This document shows, one piece after another, positions 27,083 through 37,770 of a stretch of 64,000 bases of DNA. The first letter of the stretch is position 1. Each line of letters begins with the position of its first letter. A program made the translations under genes and the position numbers. The notes below the pieces were generated by a model. It was given only the letters and a program-made list of their open reading frames with translations, was not told where the DNA came from and ran no database searches. Source of the DNA: an uncultured Lachnospiraceae bacterium. Its GTDB lineage: Bacteria; Bacillota; Clostridia; Lachnospirales; Lachnospiraceae. Where the stretch lies: positions 36,911 through 100,910 of the forward strand of contig CANQCY010000002.1 of assembly GCA_947591245.1 (NCBI GenBank). The letters run 5' to 3'.

Positions 27083-29770
27083 TCACCCCAAAAAGAGATG
27101 GTAAAACAACGGTATGGCAAACATAACCGCAAGAAACGCCGCGAAGAGCAGAAGAAACAGGACGCACGCTGCGTATTCCGCCATACGGACCGCCTTTGCC
27201 TCTCCGATTTTTTTCTTTTTGTTGAGCAACACAAATCCGACGATCGCGAGCAAAACGCCGGCGGATATGACCGCTCCGACGCCCCTTCCGGGCGCCGTAT
27301 ACGTCAGATGGATACTGCACTTACCCTTGCTTACGGGGATCGACAGCATTCCGTCCACAGTATTTATATGTTCTGCCGCCGTTCCGTTGACGCGGCAGCT
27401 CCATCCCTCATCATACATGATCGGAAGCAGAATATTATCCTTTGTAACATGATCAAGCTCTATATTTACGCCTGAATGTTTCTGTTTCAAGGACGTAATC
27501 TGCGGATTTTCCGCTTTTACCTTTTGAACGCCGCTTACAAACGCATCATAGTCAAGAAGCCCCAGATGAAAATCAGACAGGCTGGCGTTTCCGCCAAACT
27601 GCAGATTCACAGTTTCATTTTGAAATACGCCAAGACAGAGCATCCCGCCGGCGAAATCAGCCGGGTATGCTATATTGTCTGTCGCATAGGAACACGGGAT
27701 CATCAGCGTTTCCCCGTTTACCGTGATGCTGACCGGATCTTCGCTCCAATTGGTGCCATACATATACATTACCTTTTTTGCCTCTCCCACAGGTACATTA
27801 CACTGATAGTCCGTGACCCGGTCCGATATATCCTCGATCAGCTGCGCATCACTTCCGGTAACGGCGGAAAACAGACGGTTCTGATTGGCAAAAAATTCAC
27901 CGTCCGCATACAGCTCAGATACATTTGTATTTATAGCAAACGGAAGCTCAAATTTGTTCGCGTATAATTTCACCTCTTCCCCATCATAACTTTCCAGATC
28001 CTGGCAGTAATCATATAATTCCCCGGACAGCTCGTCCCTGCTCAAAAAATATTTCGTGTGAAACAACGTATCGGTAAATATCGTTCCGCCTGTATCGATC
28101 AGCTGCGTCCAGTTAATGGTATAACCTAACGCATAAAAGGCGGGCTGCAGTGCGTCGTCGATCACATGCCAGTAATTTGAAATCCCCTCTGCGCCGAAAA
28201 CGAGCGGATAATGTATTTCATCAATCACATAGTCCGTATTTTTAAAGCGCTCAAACTCCCCGGGCGTAACGTTCAGGCTCTTGGCGGCAGTATTCGCCGC
28301 TTCCACATGCTCTGCGGAAAATGTCGCGCCGGTATCCTTATTTGCAGCAAAACACATAACCGACATGCATGTCAGCTCGATACATAATACCCATATGATA
28401 ATTCCTTTGTTCTTTTTTATCCTGAAAATGATGAGATAAACGACGGCAAACAAAAGTTCCATCGCCACGCAAAGGAAGCCGTCCTGCCTCTCCTCATACA
28501 GCTCATTCCCGCAGTATCCTTCATAATAAGAGAAAAACAGCATCCCCACAATAACAGCGGCTGCGACGGCAATGCCAAACAGCCGGTACTTCTTTATTTG
28601 AAGTCCGAATATCTCTACGCACTCAATCCGCTCAAACTTTTCCCTGTTTTCCTGTATGAGAAAAACAGCAAAATCAATCAGTGCAAATGACACGATAAAC
28701 ACAAAGCGAACCGGCCACATCGCCCTGCTCCCGCCATGCCACAGCAGCTCCGTCCCCGCCACAAGCACGGACAGAATCATAAGCCCCGTCACGCATATGT
28801 AGTTTTTATATTTCTTCACGCTCTCCCAAAGCTTATACTTGCCAAACAGCATAAAATATAAAATGCATGCGCACGGAAGCGCCGTGTTGGCAAGCATGCG
28901 CTGCACCGTCTTCCACTCGCCGTCACTCCAGCTGCTCTTAACCGCAGTCATATACGCCTGCATTAAATCCCCGCCCGCCTGCCGCGATGTGCCGGATATG
29001 CAATAAAGCGCGGGAATCGCCACGACAGCGCTCAGCAAAACGCCGGCGCCCACAGACACTCCGAGCTGCATCGCACACCGGCGCCTCTCATCCCATCCCT
29101 TCTTGGTGAGGAAAAGCCGGCTGCCGCTGTACAGGAACAAAAAGATAACCGACATCCCCCCTGTGTAGACATTGACCGCCATACCGACTGCGAGCATGGC
29201 GATAAAAAACTTACATCCTTTATTATCAAAAATCCGGTCGATCCCGATCATAAGCAGCGGCAGCAAAAACGCCGCATCCATGACGAGCATGATATGGAAA
29301 TGCACGAGCGTCGCCGCGCCGAACGCATACAAAAGCCCCCCCATTATTTTTACCATGCTCTTTACCTCATACTTATTCAAATAGAAATACATGGCGTACG
29401 CAATGCAGATCATTTTCAGGATAAGCAGAAAGCTGATAAAATAGACGAGATAATCCCGGGGGGAAAAATACAAAAACAAGTTGAGCGGACAAAGAAGAGC
29501 CCCCAGCGACGCGGCTCCCGATATATTTATGCCCAATCCGGAATTCCACGTAAAAAACGGGCTCGCCTGACCATGCAGGACGTCCCAGACATAATACATG
29601 CCCGCCGGTATCGTCTGCTGCACCATATCTCCGCGCGCAACGGAACCATCTCCAAACGGGTAGATATCATTTACTTTGTAGGCAACAAGAACAACTGCGC
29701 TGACAATAACTGCCATGATTGCCAGATCGATGAGAACCATCTTTTTATGATCCGTTAATTTGAACATCAT
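27083..29770 (-). CDS. YfhO-family membrane glycosyltransferase
   Basis: IYPFGD...DMVQQ, WNSGLG, WHGG...PVRF and C-terminal YDEGWS...NG motifs. Confidence 0.85.
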   Translation of the reverse strand: MMFKLTDHKKMVLIDLAIMAVIVSAVVLVAYKVNDIYPFGDGSVARGDMVQQTIPAGMYYVWDVLHGQASPFFTWNSGLGINISGAASLGALLCPLNLFLYFSPRDYLVYFISFLLILKMICIAYAMYFYLNKYEVKSMVKIMGGLLYAFGAATLVHFHIMLVMDAAFLLPLLMIGIDRIFDNKGCKFFIAMLAVGMAVNVYTGGMSVIFLFLYSGSRLFLTKKGWDERRRCAMQLGVSVGAGVLLSAVVAIPALYCISGTSRQAGGDLMQAYMTAVKSSWSDGEWKTVQRMLANTALPCACILYFMLFGKYKLWESVKKYKNYICVTGLMILSVLVAGTELLWHGGSRAMWPVRFVFIVSFALIDFAVFLIQENREKFERIECVEIFGLQIKKYRLFGIAVAAAVIVGMLFFSYYEGYCGNELYEERQDGFLCVAMELLFAVVYLIIFRIKKNKGIIIWVLCIELTCMSVMCFAANKDTGATFSAEHVEAANTAAKSLNVTPGEFERFKNTDYVIDEIHYPLVFGAEGISNYWHVIDDALQPAFYALGYTINWTQLIDTGGTIFTDTLFHTKYFLSRDELSGELYDYCQDLESYDGEEVKLYANKFELPFAINTNVSELYADGEFFANQNRLFSAVTGSDAQLIEDISDRVTDYQCNVPVGEAKKVMYMYGTNWSEDPVSITVNGETLMIPCSYATDNIAYPADFAGGMLCLGVFQNETVNLQFGGNASLSDFHLGLLDYDAFVSGVQKVKAENPQITSLKQKHSGVNIELDHVTKDNILLPIMYDEGWSCRVNGTAAEHINTVDGMLSIPVSKGKCSIHLTYTAPGRGVGAVISAGVLLAIVGFVLLNKKKKIGEAKAVRMAEYAACVLFLLLFAAFLAVMFAIPLFYHLFLG

Positions 29771-29801
29771 CCACTCTTCCTTCTATTGTAATCTTCTCTT
29801 A

Positions 29802-29830
29802 AGCATACTTGATTTGCGCTGTCTTGTCAA
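29802..29830 (-). promoter_or_regulatory. Sigma-A promoter for the yfhO-wzx-GT operon
   Basis: TTGACA-17 bp-TATGCT. Confidence 0.7.
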
Positions 29831-29846
29831 CCACCTCTCCTTTCCT

Positions 29847-31118
29847 TCACTGCGACAGCATGTTTTCAACAAATGCGCCGTAGCCTTTTGCCGGGTCGTC
29901 CACAAACACGTGCGTAACCGCACCGATCAGCTTGCCGTCCTGCACGATAGGGGATCCCGACATCCCCTGCACAATTCCGCCCGTCAGCTCCAACAGATCC
30001 GGATCGCTCACACGTATTACCATGCCCTTATTATCCGTATTATTAATATCGATCTCTTCAATATTGATCGAATATCGCTTTGATTCTCCTTCCATTTTAG
30101 AATAAATATACGCTTTTCCCTTTGTAATATCCTGTTTAAAGCCTACCGGCAGATATTCAAGCCCTTCCCCCTTTCCGGTTTTATCAGACAGCTGCCCGAA
30201 AATCCCCAGGCGCGTATTTTTCTGAATCGTCCCAATACAATTATCGGCGATCATATTGATATATCCTTCCAATTCGCCCGGAGTTCCCTGCCTGCCCTTT
30301 ATAATATCTAATATTTCCGTATTATAAAGCTCGCCTCCGCTCAGATTCATCAATGTGCCCGTATCCGCATCCGTGATCCCATGTCCCAGCGCGCCAAAGC
30401 CGCCATTCTCCGTCACATATGTCATCGTTCCGATTCCCTGCGTATCCTCTCTGACCCAAATTCCCAATTTATACGTATTGTCCTTTGCAAGAACCGCCCG
30501 CAAAGAAACATTTGTCTCCTTTCCGTTTCTGCGTATGCGGACGACCGCCTTCCCATCCTCGACATTTTGAACTGCCGCATTAAACTCCTTGATCGTCTTG
30601 ACAGATTTCCCGTTGATTTTTAAAATATAATCCCCACTGCTTACAATATTAGTCGCCGGTTCATATACCAGCCCGTCTTTTCCTTCTACATTTGTAGTGC
30701 TCAAAACAAGAAGGCCGTTTGTCTCTACATAGATTCCGATCGGTTCCCCCGACGGCGCAAACTGCATCTGATCCACTACTTTTACTTTCACTGTCTTTAA
30801 TGGAAAGATCCCGAAAAGTTTGACGCCTACACTGTAATTTCCCAGCGCCTGGGATTTCAGAGTCGCCCCGCCGCTTCCGCCAGTCAGATTCAGGGCCTCT
30901 ACCGCCCTCGTTTCCCCATCCGAATCCGCCTCTGCTTCCGCAGGGGATTCCAGCGTCGCTTTTGCCGGCAAATTGGAAAACAACGTCTCTTTCTTGCCCA
31001 CATACGTCCACATTGTATTTGGAATTTGATTGGATACTGACCGGACCAGAAGCCAGCCAATGAAAAAAAGATCCACGATAAGAAGCGCTACTAAAGAAAT
31101 CCGGTAATATTTTTTCAT
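29847..31118 (-). CDS. spoIVB: SpoIVB serine peptidase (PDZ + S55)
   Basis: LGIWVREDTQGIGT, ALGHGITD and GGIVQGMSGSPIVQDGKLIGAVTHVF motifs. Confidence 0.95.
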   Translation of the reverse strand: MKKYYRISLVALLIVDLFFIGWLLVRSVSNQIPNTMWTYVGKKETLFSNLPAKATLESPAEAEADSDGETRAVEALNLTGGSGGATLKSQALGNYSVGVKLFGIFPLKTVKVKVVDQMQFAPSGEPIGIYVETNGLLVLSTTNVEGKDGLVYEPATNIVSSGDYILKINGKSVKTIKEFNAAVQNVEDGKAVVRIRRNGKETNVSLRAVLAKDNTYKLGIWVREDTQGIGTMTYVTENGGFGALGHGITDADTGTLMNLSGGELYNTEILDIIKGRQGTPGELEGYINMIADNCIGTIQKNTRLGIFGQLSDKTGKGEGLEYLPVGFKQDITKGKAYIYSKMEGESKRYSINIEEIDINNTDNKGMVIRVSDPDLLELTGGIVQGMSGSPIVQDGKLIGAVTHVFVDDPAKGYGAFVENMLSQ

Positions 31119-31165
31119 GATGATCCTCCATTCTGCACATTGCTAACCCGCTATGTACATAGTGA

Positions 31166-31195
31166 AGTATTACCACAAAAAGCCAGATTTATGAA
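31166..31195 (-). promoter_or_regulatory. Sigma-F-type promoter for spoIVB
   Basis: TCATA-15 bp-GGTAATACT resembles the forespore sigma-F consensus; spoIVB is an established sigma-F target. Confidence 0.55.
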
Positions 31196-31205
31196 TAAAA
31201 TTTAT

Positions 31206-32894
31206 CTAAATACGCACCCGTTCCTTGCCTTCATTCGCAAAGCGTTTCATTTCCCGCGCGTTAGCAAGCACGGCCTCTGTAATCTCCGCGCCGCCGAGCA
31301 TGCGCGCCAGTTCCCGTTCTGATTCTTCATCAGAAAGCGCGCGGATTTCCGTCCGGACCTCCCCGCCCGATGTAACTTTTTCAATCACAAAATGGTTATC
31401 CGCCATCGCCGCAATCTGCGGAAGATGCGTAATACAGATCACCTGATGCTCTTTTCCCAAAATTGACATCTTTTCGGATACCTTCTGCGCCGTCCTGCCG
31501 CTGATGCCGACGTCAATTTCATCAAAAATAAGCGTTCCTATACGGTCCACATCGGCAAATACGGTTTTCACCGCCAGCATAATTCGGGAAAGCTCTCCCC
31601 CGGACGCCACCTTTCCAAGCGGGTACAGGCCTTCGCCCGGATTGGTGGAAACAAGAAACTCGACATCATCTTTTCCTTTTTGCGTGTATGCTTCCAAAGG
31701 CTGAACGGACACTTCAAACCGTGCTTTTTCAAAATTCAGCTCCGCCAGCGTCTCAGTAATCGCTTTTTCAAGCTGAGCCGCCGCCTCTTTCCGTACCGCA
31801 GTCAATTCGCCGCAAAGCCTATCCAGCTTTTCTTCCAACCTTGCTTTTCTTTCTGCGCAAGCTTCCATATATTGCTCATAGTCAGAAAATTTATCTATTT
31901 TAGCCGTTATCTCCTGAAGATAATCCATAATATCGTCATAAGTTTTTCCGTATTTAGACTGACAACTGCGAATCAGATTGAGCCGTTCTTCCATTTGCCT
32001 TAATTCTGATTCGTCAAAATTAAAATCTGCCATATAATCGGAAATCTCCCTGTTAAAATCCGATAGCAGATTTTCAATATCCATCAGCTCATTTCGCATG
32101 ACTTCGAGTTTTTCATCCAGCTCGCTCACTGACGCCATCTGCCGAAACGCCTGGCTGATCGCGGCGGCAGAACCATTCATCCCATCGCCGGTGTAATCAT
32201 ACACCTTTCCGAGCGTTTCCGCAATAACAGAGGCATTGGACAACTTGCGGACCTGTTCCTCCAGCGCCGCTTCCTCTCCCTCTGCCAGCTTCGCATCCTC
32301 AATCTCCCGCTTCTCATATTGGAGAAAAGAGAGTTCCCGCGCTCTCTCTTCTGCCGTGCTATTTTCCCGCTCCATCTCATGAACAAGCTTATTGTACTCC
32401 CCGTATGCATCTGAAATCTGCCGTCTCAACTCCGCCGCCTTCGCTCCTGCAAACCGGTCCACCACATCCATATGGTATTCCTTATGCATCAGGGACTGGT
32501 GTTCATGCTGTCCATGTATATCCAGACAAAGGGCCGACGCTTTTCGGATCGTACTGACTGCCACGCTCTCGCCGTTAATTTTGTTAATGCTTCTGTTCTC
32601 GGTGATTTTTCGGGAAATGACTATCTGTCCTTCTTCCGGTTCGATATCCATCGCCCTCAAAGCTTCCAGCGTCTCTTCATCTTCAATATGAAACGCCATC
32701 TCGACCGTCGCATAATCGCCATGCCTTCCGATCATTTCCGCAGATACTCTCGATCCGAGGGCAATTCCGATGGAACCGGCCAGGATGGATTTCCCCGCGC
32801 CGGTTTCACCGGTCAGTATATTTAAATGCCTGCCAAAATCGACATCTGCCTCGTCTATAATCGCAATGTTTTTTACATGCAAATTCGTCAGCAA
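31206..32894 (-). CDS. recN: DNA repair protein RecN
   Basis: TGETGAGKS, IHGQHEHQ, coiled coil, ASGGELSR, FDEID and ITHLPQIAA motifs. Confidence 0.96.
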   Translation of the reverse strand: MLTNLHVKNIAIIDEADVDFGRHLNILTGETGAGKSILAGSIGIALGSRVSAEMIGRHGDYATVEMAFHIEDEETLEALRAMDIEPEEGQIVISRKITENRSINKINGESVAVSTIRKASALCLDIHGQHEHQSLMHKEYHMDVVDRFAGAKAAELRRQISDAYGEYNKLVHEMERENSTAEERARELSFLQYEKREIEDAKLAEGEEAALEEQVRKLSNASVIAETLGKVYDYTGDGMNGSAAAISQAFRQMASVSELDEKLEVMRNELMDIENLLSDFNREISDYMADFNFDESELRQMEERLNLIRSCQSKYGKTYDDIMDYLQEITAKIDKFSDYEQYMEACAERKARLEEKLDRLCGELTAVRKEAAAQLEKAITETLAELNFEKARFEVSVQPLEAYTQKGKDDVEFLVSTNPGEGLYPLGKVASGGELSRIMLAVKTVFADVDRIGTLIFDEIDVGISGRTAQKVSEKMSILGKEHQVICITHLPQIAAMADNHFVIEKVTSGGEVRTEIRALSDEESERELARMLGGAEITEAVLANAREMKRFANEGKERVRI

Positions 32895-32911
32895 CGCAAT
32901 ACCTCCCTATT

Positions 32912-35900
32912 TTATAACCCTGTTACCCTCACCTTACATGAAAGCCTCAGACCGCGCACTTTCGCATAAATTCTCGTAACTCCCCTTCGTTTTCCCGTCA
33001 CCTTTCCATTATCGTCCACCGTTGCGATTGTCGGGTTCTTTGAGTACCATGTCACTCCCTGGCTAATCTCGTCTACATGAAGGGTCTCTGTATCGTAAAG
33101 ACGGAATTTTAAATTTTTACGGTTCATCGTGACGACAAGGACATCCGCGGCGCCTCTCCTTCCATTGCTGGTTTTGCCGTAAACGGTCGCCTGCCCTACC
33201 CTTCTCGCATATATCTTGCCCCGTTTGTTAATCCTCGCCACTCTCGGGGCGTCCGAATAATATTTTATCGAATCCGTGGAATTTACAGGCTCAACCTGAA
33301 TACCCGACTGAATCTGGCGGCCTTTCGCCACAATAATATCATTATTCGCCACATCCACTCCGGTAGCCGGTATCGGATCTGTCACAGTCAGCAGGCAAAC
33401 CGCTGATTTTCCGGAACCATCCTGTGCCTTTGCCCGTATTTTTACCATCCCCGCAGACATGCCGTAAACTCTGCCGTTAGCAGCAACCGTTGCGATGGAA
33501 TTGTCGCTGGAAGTCCAGCTAAGGCCTTTAATCGTCGCATTCTTCGGATAAATAGTCGCTTTGAGCGTCATCGTTTTTCCGACAAGCAGTCTCGCCGTAT
33601 ACTTATTCAGCTCAATCCTTGTAATTCTCCGGATCACCCGAACCCGGCACGATGCAGAAGCGCCGGAACCATCTTTCGCCCTCGCCGTAATATAGGCAGT
33701 GCCGACTTTCTTCGCTTTCACCCGTCCGCTTGAAGTTACCGTCGCCACCGATGATTTGGAGGAAGACCACCTCACGGATTTATCCGTTGCCGTCTCGGAC
33801 GTAACCGTAGCTGACACGGTAAAAGACTTTCCGACCTGAATCCGCTTTGCAGTCGGATTTACGCTGACGGAGGTCGCCTTTTCCGTAACAGTCACAAGGC
33901 AGCTGACCGTGAACCCGCCGTCTGTTGCTATTCCCTGTACCAATGTTACGCCGCCCTTAAGACCGGTCACTTTAACATTAGACGCTCCCTCCGGCTCGAT
34001 CTTAACGACAGATGCGTCTGCCGCCGTCCACGTCATGGATTTATCATAAGCATTCTCCGGCGTAAACTGAGGCGTCAATGTAAGCGACTGGTCTACCTCG
34101 ATCGTTGCATGATCCGGCTGCAGCGTCACGCCTTCCAGCCCTTTCACCGTTACCAGACAGCTTACCTCATACCCGCCGTCTCGTGCCACGCCTTTCACTA
34201 AAGCGGTTCCGACAGCAAGTCCTGTCACCTTTACATTTGAAATTCCATCCGCTTCCAGCTTTGCAACTTTCGAATCGGATATTGTCCATGCCATCGTTTT
34301 ATCCTGAGCTGAAACCGGCTTAAACTCCGGCGTCAATGTAATCGTCTCATTGACAACGATCGACGCGTTTTCCGGATTCAGCGTCACGCCTTCCAATCCT
34401 TTTACCGTAACGAGGCAGCTGACCACATAGCCGCCTTCGTTTGAGACGCCCCGCACCATTGTCATTCCGACCTTAAGTCCTGTTACAATCAGGTTTGACG
34501 GACCGTCCGGCTCGATTTTGACGATCGACGGATCTGAAACCGTCCACTTCATCGACTTGTCGAAAGCATCGTCCGGCGTAAATTTAGGTATTAACGTAAA
34601 TTTCTCATCCACATTGATTGTTGCACTCTCTTGATCGAGCTTCACATCAGACAGTCCCAAAACCGTAACCATACAATGCACTTCAAAATTGCCGTCCGTC
34701 GAGCGTCCGGTAACAAGAGCGACTCCGACCTTTGTACCTGTTACCTTCAAATTGGATACGCCGTCCTTTTCGATTTTAACAATGGAGGCATCCGAAACCG
34801 TCCATTTCATCGATTTGTCATAAGCCGCCTCCGGCTGAAATTTGGGCTCAAGCGTAATCGTCTCATTCACTTTTATAGCCGCCTTTTCCTCTTTCAGCGT
34901 GACGCCCGTCAGTCCCTCTTTGACATCAATCTTAATGACAGCTACCCGTCCCGACGCCGACGACGCCTGAATGAATGTCGTACCCGTCTTGACGCCGGTG
35001 ATCACTCCGTCTTTGTCAACTTTAGCCACTTTGGAATCAAAAGAAGTCCACGTAATCGCATCCGTTGTATCCGATGGCGTCTTTACAAGATTCGGCTTAT
35101 ACGTCTGCCCCGCCAGAAGCTCGTATGAATCCGGCGAGAAAGCCAGACCCTGGCACGGCGAGAGAACCGTCACATCGATCTGCGCCGAAGGCCCGTCGTC
35201 GGATTTTACAAAGACAATTGTCTTACCGACTTTCTTTCCCGCAATTGTGAGCTGATTCGTTTCCTCGTCATAGGATAAGGAGGCGATCGACGAATCGGTG
35301 ACGCTCCAGTCCAATTTCGTAGTACAGCCCTTTGGCGTCAAGGTAACCTTAATGATCTTTTGCTCATTCACATTTACGGTTACCTGCTTTTCCGACAATT
35401 CCAGTTTTTCACAACCGGCGAGCACTGTAACGGCACACTGGGCATACACGCCATTCGGATTGTATTTCGGCGACACCATCACATACGCCGTACCCGGAGC
35501 CTTTCCTGTGATCGTACCATACTGGTCAACCGTCACAATACTGGTATCTAACGACTGCCATTCAAGATCCTTCTGCGTTACATTATTTGGCTTATATGTA
35601 TATTTGAGCTGATGCATTGCTCCTGATTTTATTGTAACCTCTTTTTCCGTCAGCTGCAGAGACTGATACGGTACGTTGATCGTGACATGGCACACCTGAG
35701 ACTTTTTATTTACCGGGTTCGTCACCGTAACCGTAATCGTCTTTCCGTCTTTCGGCGCTGACTTTGCAGTAATGGTAGCTGTCTTTGTATCCGCTGTCAG
35801 AGAAATAGACAGGCAATCCGGATCTGAAATATACCAGTCGTATCCCGGATAGGAGACATCCGGGCTGCAGGTCACATTTAATACCGCGCTTTCCCCGACG

Positions 35901-37627
35901 TTTAACGACAGTTCCTTATCTGAAATATTCAGGTTATCCGCCGTTGAGACAATCCTGACCTGGCACTCCGCAATAAATTCTGCCCCGGTACTCGTCTCAT
36001 ACACTGCCCTTATGACCACATCCCGATCCGTGACCTTTTTTGCCGTCACGCGGCCTGTCGCATCCACCGTAGCGCAGGACGTATCGCTTGAACTCCACGC
36101 GATATTCGTACCGGCAACGCTTTCATCATTGAAAAAGGCATTGAGCGTAACCTGGGCGCCGGCGTACATCGTCATGTAGCTTTGATCCAGCTTAAATACG
36201 TCGGCAATCGTCAATTCAATGTTAAACTCCGTTTTTGACTGGACTTCTCCCGCATCTGACCTCAATGGGTTTACAAGCTGTGAAACCACCTGATGATATC
36301 CTGGTTTCACTACCGCATGCGCCGTAACGATAGTCGTACGTCCTTCATTTTTGCTGAGCGCCGTCACCACGCCGTCGCTAAGCGACGCATAGTTTGACGC
36401 CGAACCTTCTTCACACGACAACGTCACATCAAAATATTGCATAAACTCTTCCGTCGTCAGGTTAAAAGCTTCCGCAATATCGTAAGTGGAACCGATCGGT
36501 ATCGTTTCCTTATAGTCGTCCAAATTGGCATACACAGACAGCGTCAGAACCGTCGGCGCATACACATCCTCGCTAATACAGTTCCCTTCGCCCGCATAAG
36601 CATCCTTCGGATAGAAATAAACATAATATTTTCCCGCCTTAGCATCGACCCTCAACTGGTTTGAACGGCTCGAAACGGGTTCGATGTTGATCAGGTCAGA
36701 CGTCATTCCGAGAGAATCCGCGATCGCATATTCACCGCCGTGCCCGTCATCCCTTTTAATTACCCACGCCATCTTCCTTTGCATGGATTCATAGCCATTG
36801 TGAAAATCTGCATCATTATAAATCAAGCCGCCTGTATCGAGGCCGAACTCATGCACGCGCTGATAATTCCCTTCCGTGTTGCTGATACTCGGATACACAT
36901 AAACGTCTATCATCGTTGTATATGTCGTATCCGGACTATCCGGAGGGGTATACGTCGCGGTTATTTTTGTACTGCCGACTCCGACAGGCGTTACTACTCC
37001 GCTCTCGGAAACAGAAACAACCTCGTCGTTCGCCACGGTCCACTGTGCGTTCTCCGACTCGCCATAGTTTAATTTTAATGTTTTCGATCCGCTGTTCTTA
37101 TGTAAAAAGATTGCCTTATCCTGAGAATCCTCATACGGATATTTGAACATCGTATCGTCTACTGAGGTGTCAATGCCGAATACGACCTGAATCTTACAGG
37201 TAACGCTGCCGACTGTCGTACCGATCACATCTCCGTATTTATTGTACACTGTGACGAGGATCTCCACCTCGCCCGGCGCTTTTGCCGTCACAATACCATA
37301 GATCTGTTCGCTTCCCTCTTTAATGTCCGCAATATCCGCACCTGTCTGGATGCTCCACTGAACCTCATACTTACTCTTGTCCGCATAAATCGGGTCAGAC
37401 TCCGAACCGAGTATCAGCGTAATCTGCTTGCTCTTCATCTGATAAGCATCCGCTGAGTTCAGCTGGCTGCCCTCGCACGTGAGCGTAAGCCCGCCTGCCG
37501 CCTCGGAATGGTATCCCATATAAATATACATCCCTGCCATAACTATGGCAAAAAGAATCCCTAAATAAAGAAATCTGATCTTCTTAACTTTTTTAACTTT
37601 TTTTCCTTTTTCTCTTTTTCCGTCCAT
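32912..37627 (-). CDS. Large secreted/surface protein with many bacterial Ig-like (Big_2) repeats
   Basis: Signal peptide (basic N-region, hydrophobic core, SEA-A); repeated W-x-S-S-D..VATV..G-x-VT..K-x-G-x-A/T...C-x-V-T-V units of about 80-86 aa. Confidence 0.85.
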   Translation of the reverse strand: MDGKREKGKKVKKVKKIRFLYLGILFAIVMAGMYIYMGYHSEAAGGLTLTCEGSQLNSADAYQMKSKQITLILGSESDPIYADKSKYEVQWSIQTGADIADIKEGSEQIYGIVTAKAPGEVEILVTVYNKYGDVIGTTVGSVTCKIQVVFGIDTSVDDTMFKYPYEDSQDKAIFLHKNSGSKTLKLNYGESENAQWTVANDEVVSVSESGVVTPVGVGSTKITATYTPPDSPDTTYTTMIDVYVYPSISNTEGNYQRVHEFGLDTGGLIYNDADFHNGYESMQRKMAWVIKRDDGHGGEYAIADSLGMTSDLINIEPVSSRSNQLRVDAKAGKYYVYFYPKDAYAGEGNCISEDVYAPTVLTLSVYANLDDYKETIPIGSTYDIAEAFNLTTEEFMQYFDVTLSCEEGSASNYASLSDGVVTALSKNEGRTTIVTAHAVVKPGYHQVVSQLVNPLRSDAGEVQSKTEFNIELTIADVFKLDQSYMTMYAGAQVTLNAFFNDESVAGTNIAWSSSDTSCATVDATGRVTAKKVTDRDVVIRAVYETSTGAEFIAECQVRIVSTADNLNISDKELSLNVGESAVLNVTCSPDVSYPGYDWYISDPDCLSISLTADTKTATITAKSAPKDGKTITVTVTNPVNKKSQVCHVTINVPYQSLQLTEKEVTIKSGAMHQLKYTYKPNNVTQKDLEWQSLDTSIVTVDQYGTITGKAPGTAYVMVSPKYNPNGVYAQCAVTVLAGCEKLELSEKQVTVNVNEQKIIKVTLTPKGCTTKLDWSVTDSSIASLSYDEETNQLTIAGKKVGKTIVFVKSDDGPSAQIDVTVLSPCQGLAFSPDSYELLAGQTYKPNLVKTPSDTTDAITWTSFDSKVAKVDKDGVITGVKTGTTFIQASSASGRVAVIKIDVKEGLTGVTLKEEKAAIKVNETITLEPKFQPEAAYDKSMKWTVSDASIVKIEKDGVSNLKVTGTKVGVALVTGRSTDGNFEVHCMVTVLGLSDVKLDQESATINVDEKFTLIPKFTPDDAFDKSMKWTVSDPSIVKIEPDGPSNLIVTGLKVGMTMVRGVSNEGGYVVSCLVTVKGLEGVTLNPENASIVVNETITLTPEFKPVSAQDKTMAWTISDSKVAKLEADGISNVKVTGLAVGTALVKGVARDGGYEVSCLVTVKGLEGVTLQPDHATIEVDQSLTLTPQFTPENAYDKSMTWTAADASVVKIEPEGASNVKVTGLKGGVTLVQGIATDGGFTVSCLVTVTEKATSVSVNPTAKRIQVGKSFTVSATVTSETATDKSVRWSSSKSSVATVTSSGRVKAKKVGTAYITARAKDGSGASASCRVRVIRRITRIELNKYTARLLVGKTMTLKATIYPKNATIKGLSWTSSDNSIATVAANGRVYGMSAGMVKIRAKAQDGSGKSAVCLLTVTDPIPATGVDVANNDIIVAKGRQIQSGIQVEPVNSTDSIKYYSDAPRVARINKRGKIYARRVGQATVYGKTSNGRRGAADVLVVTMNRKNLKFRLYDTETLHVDEISQGVTWYSKNPTIATVDDNGKVTGKRRGVTRIYAKVRGLRLSCKVRVTGL

Positions 37628-37735
37628 CTTTATGCAGCCCCTTCTTTCACAACCTATGTATACATGTATATCGGCCTTTTACTACGATTATGTTACTGTC
37701 ATAATGTGTCAAAAATGCGAAAAGCATATATTATT

Positions 37736-37764
37736 ATTATAATTAACCCCAAAAACCTTGTCAA
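37736..37764 (-). promoter_or_regulatory. Consensus sigma-A promoter for the Ig-repeat gene
   Basis: TTGACA-17 bp-TATAAT, perfect match. Confidence 0.85.
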
Positions 37765-37770
37765 TATAAT

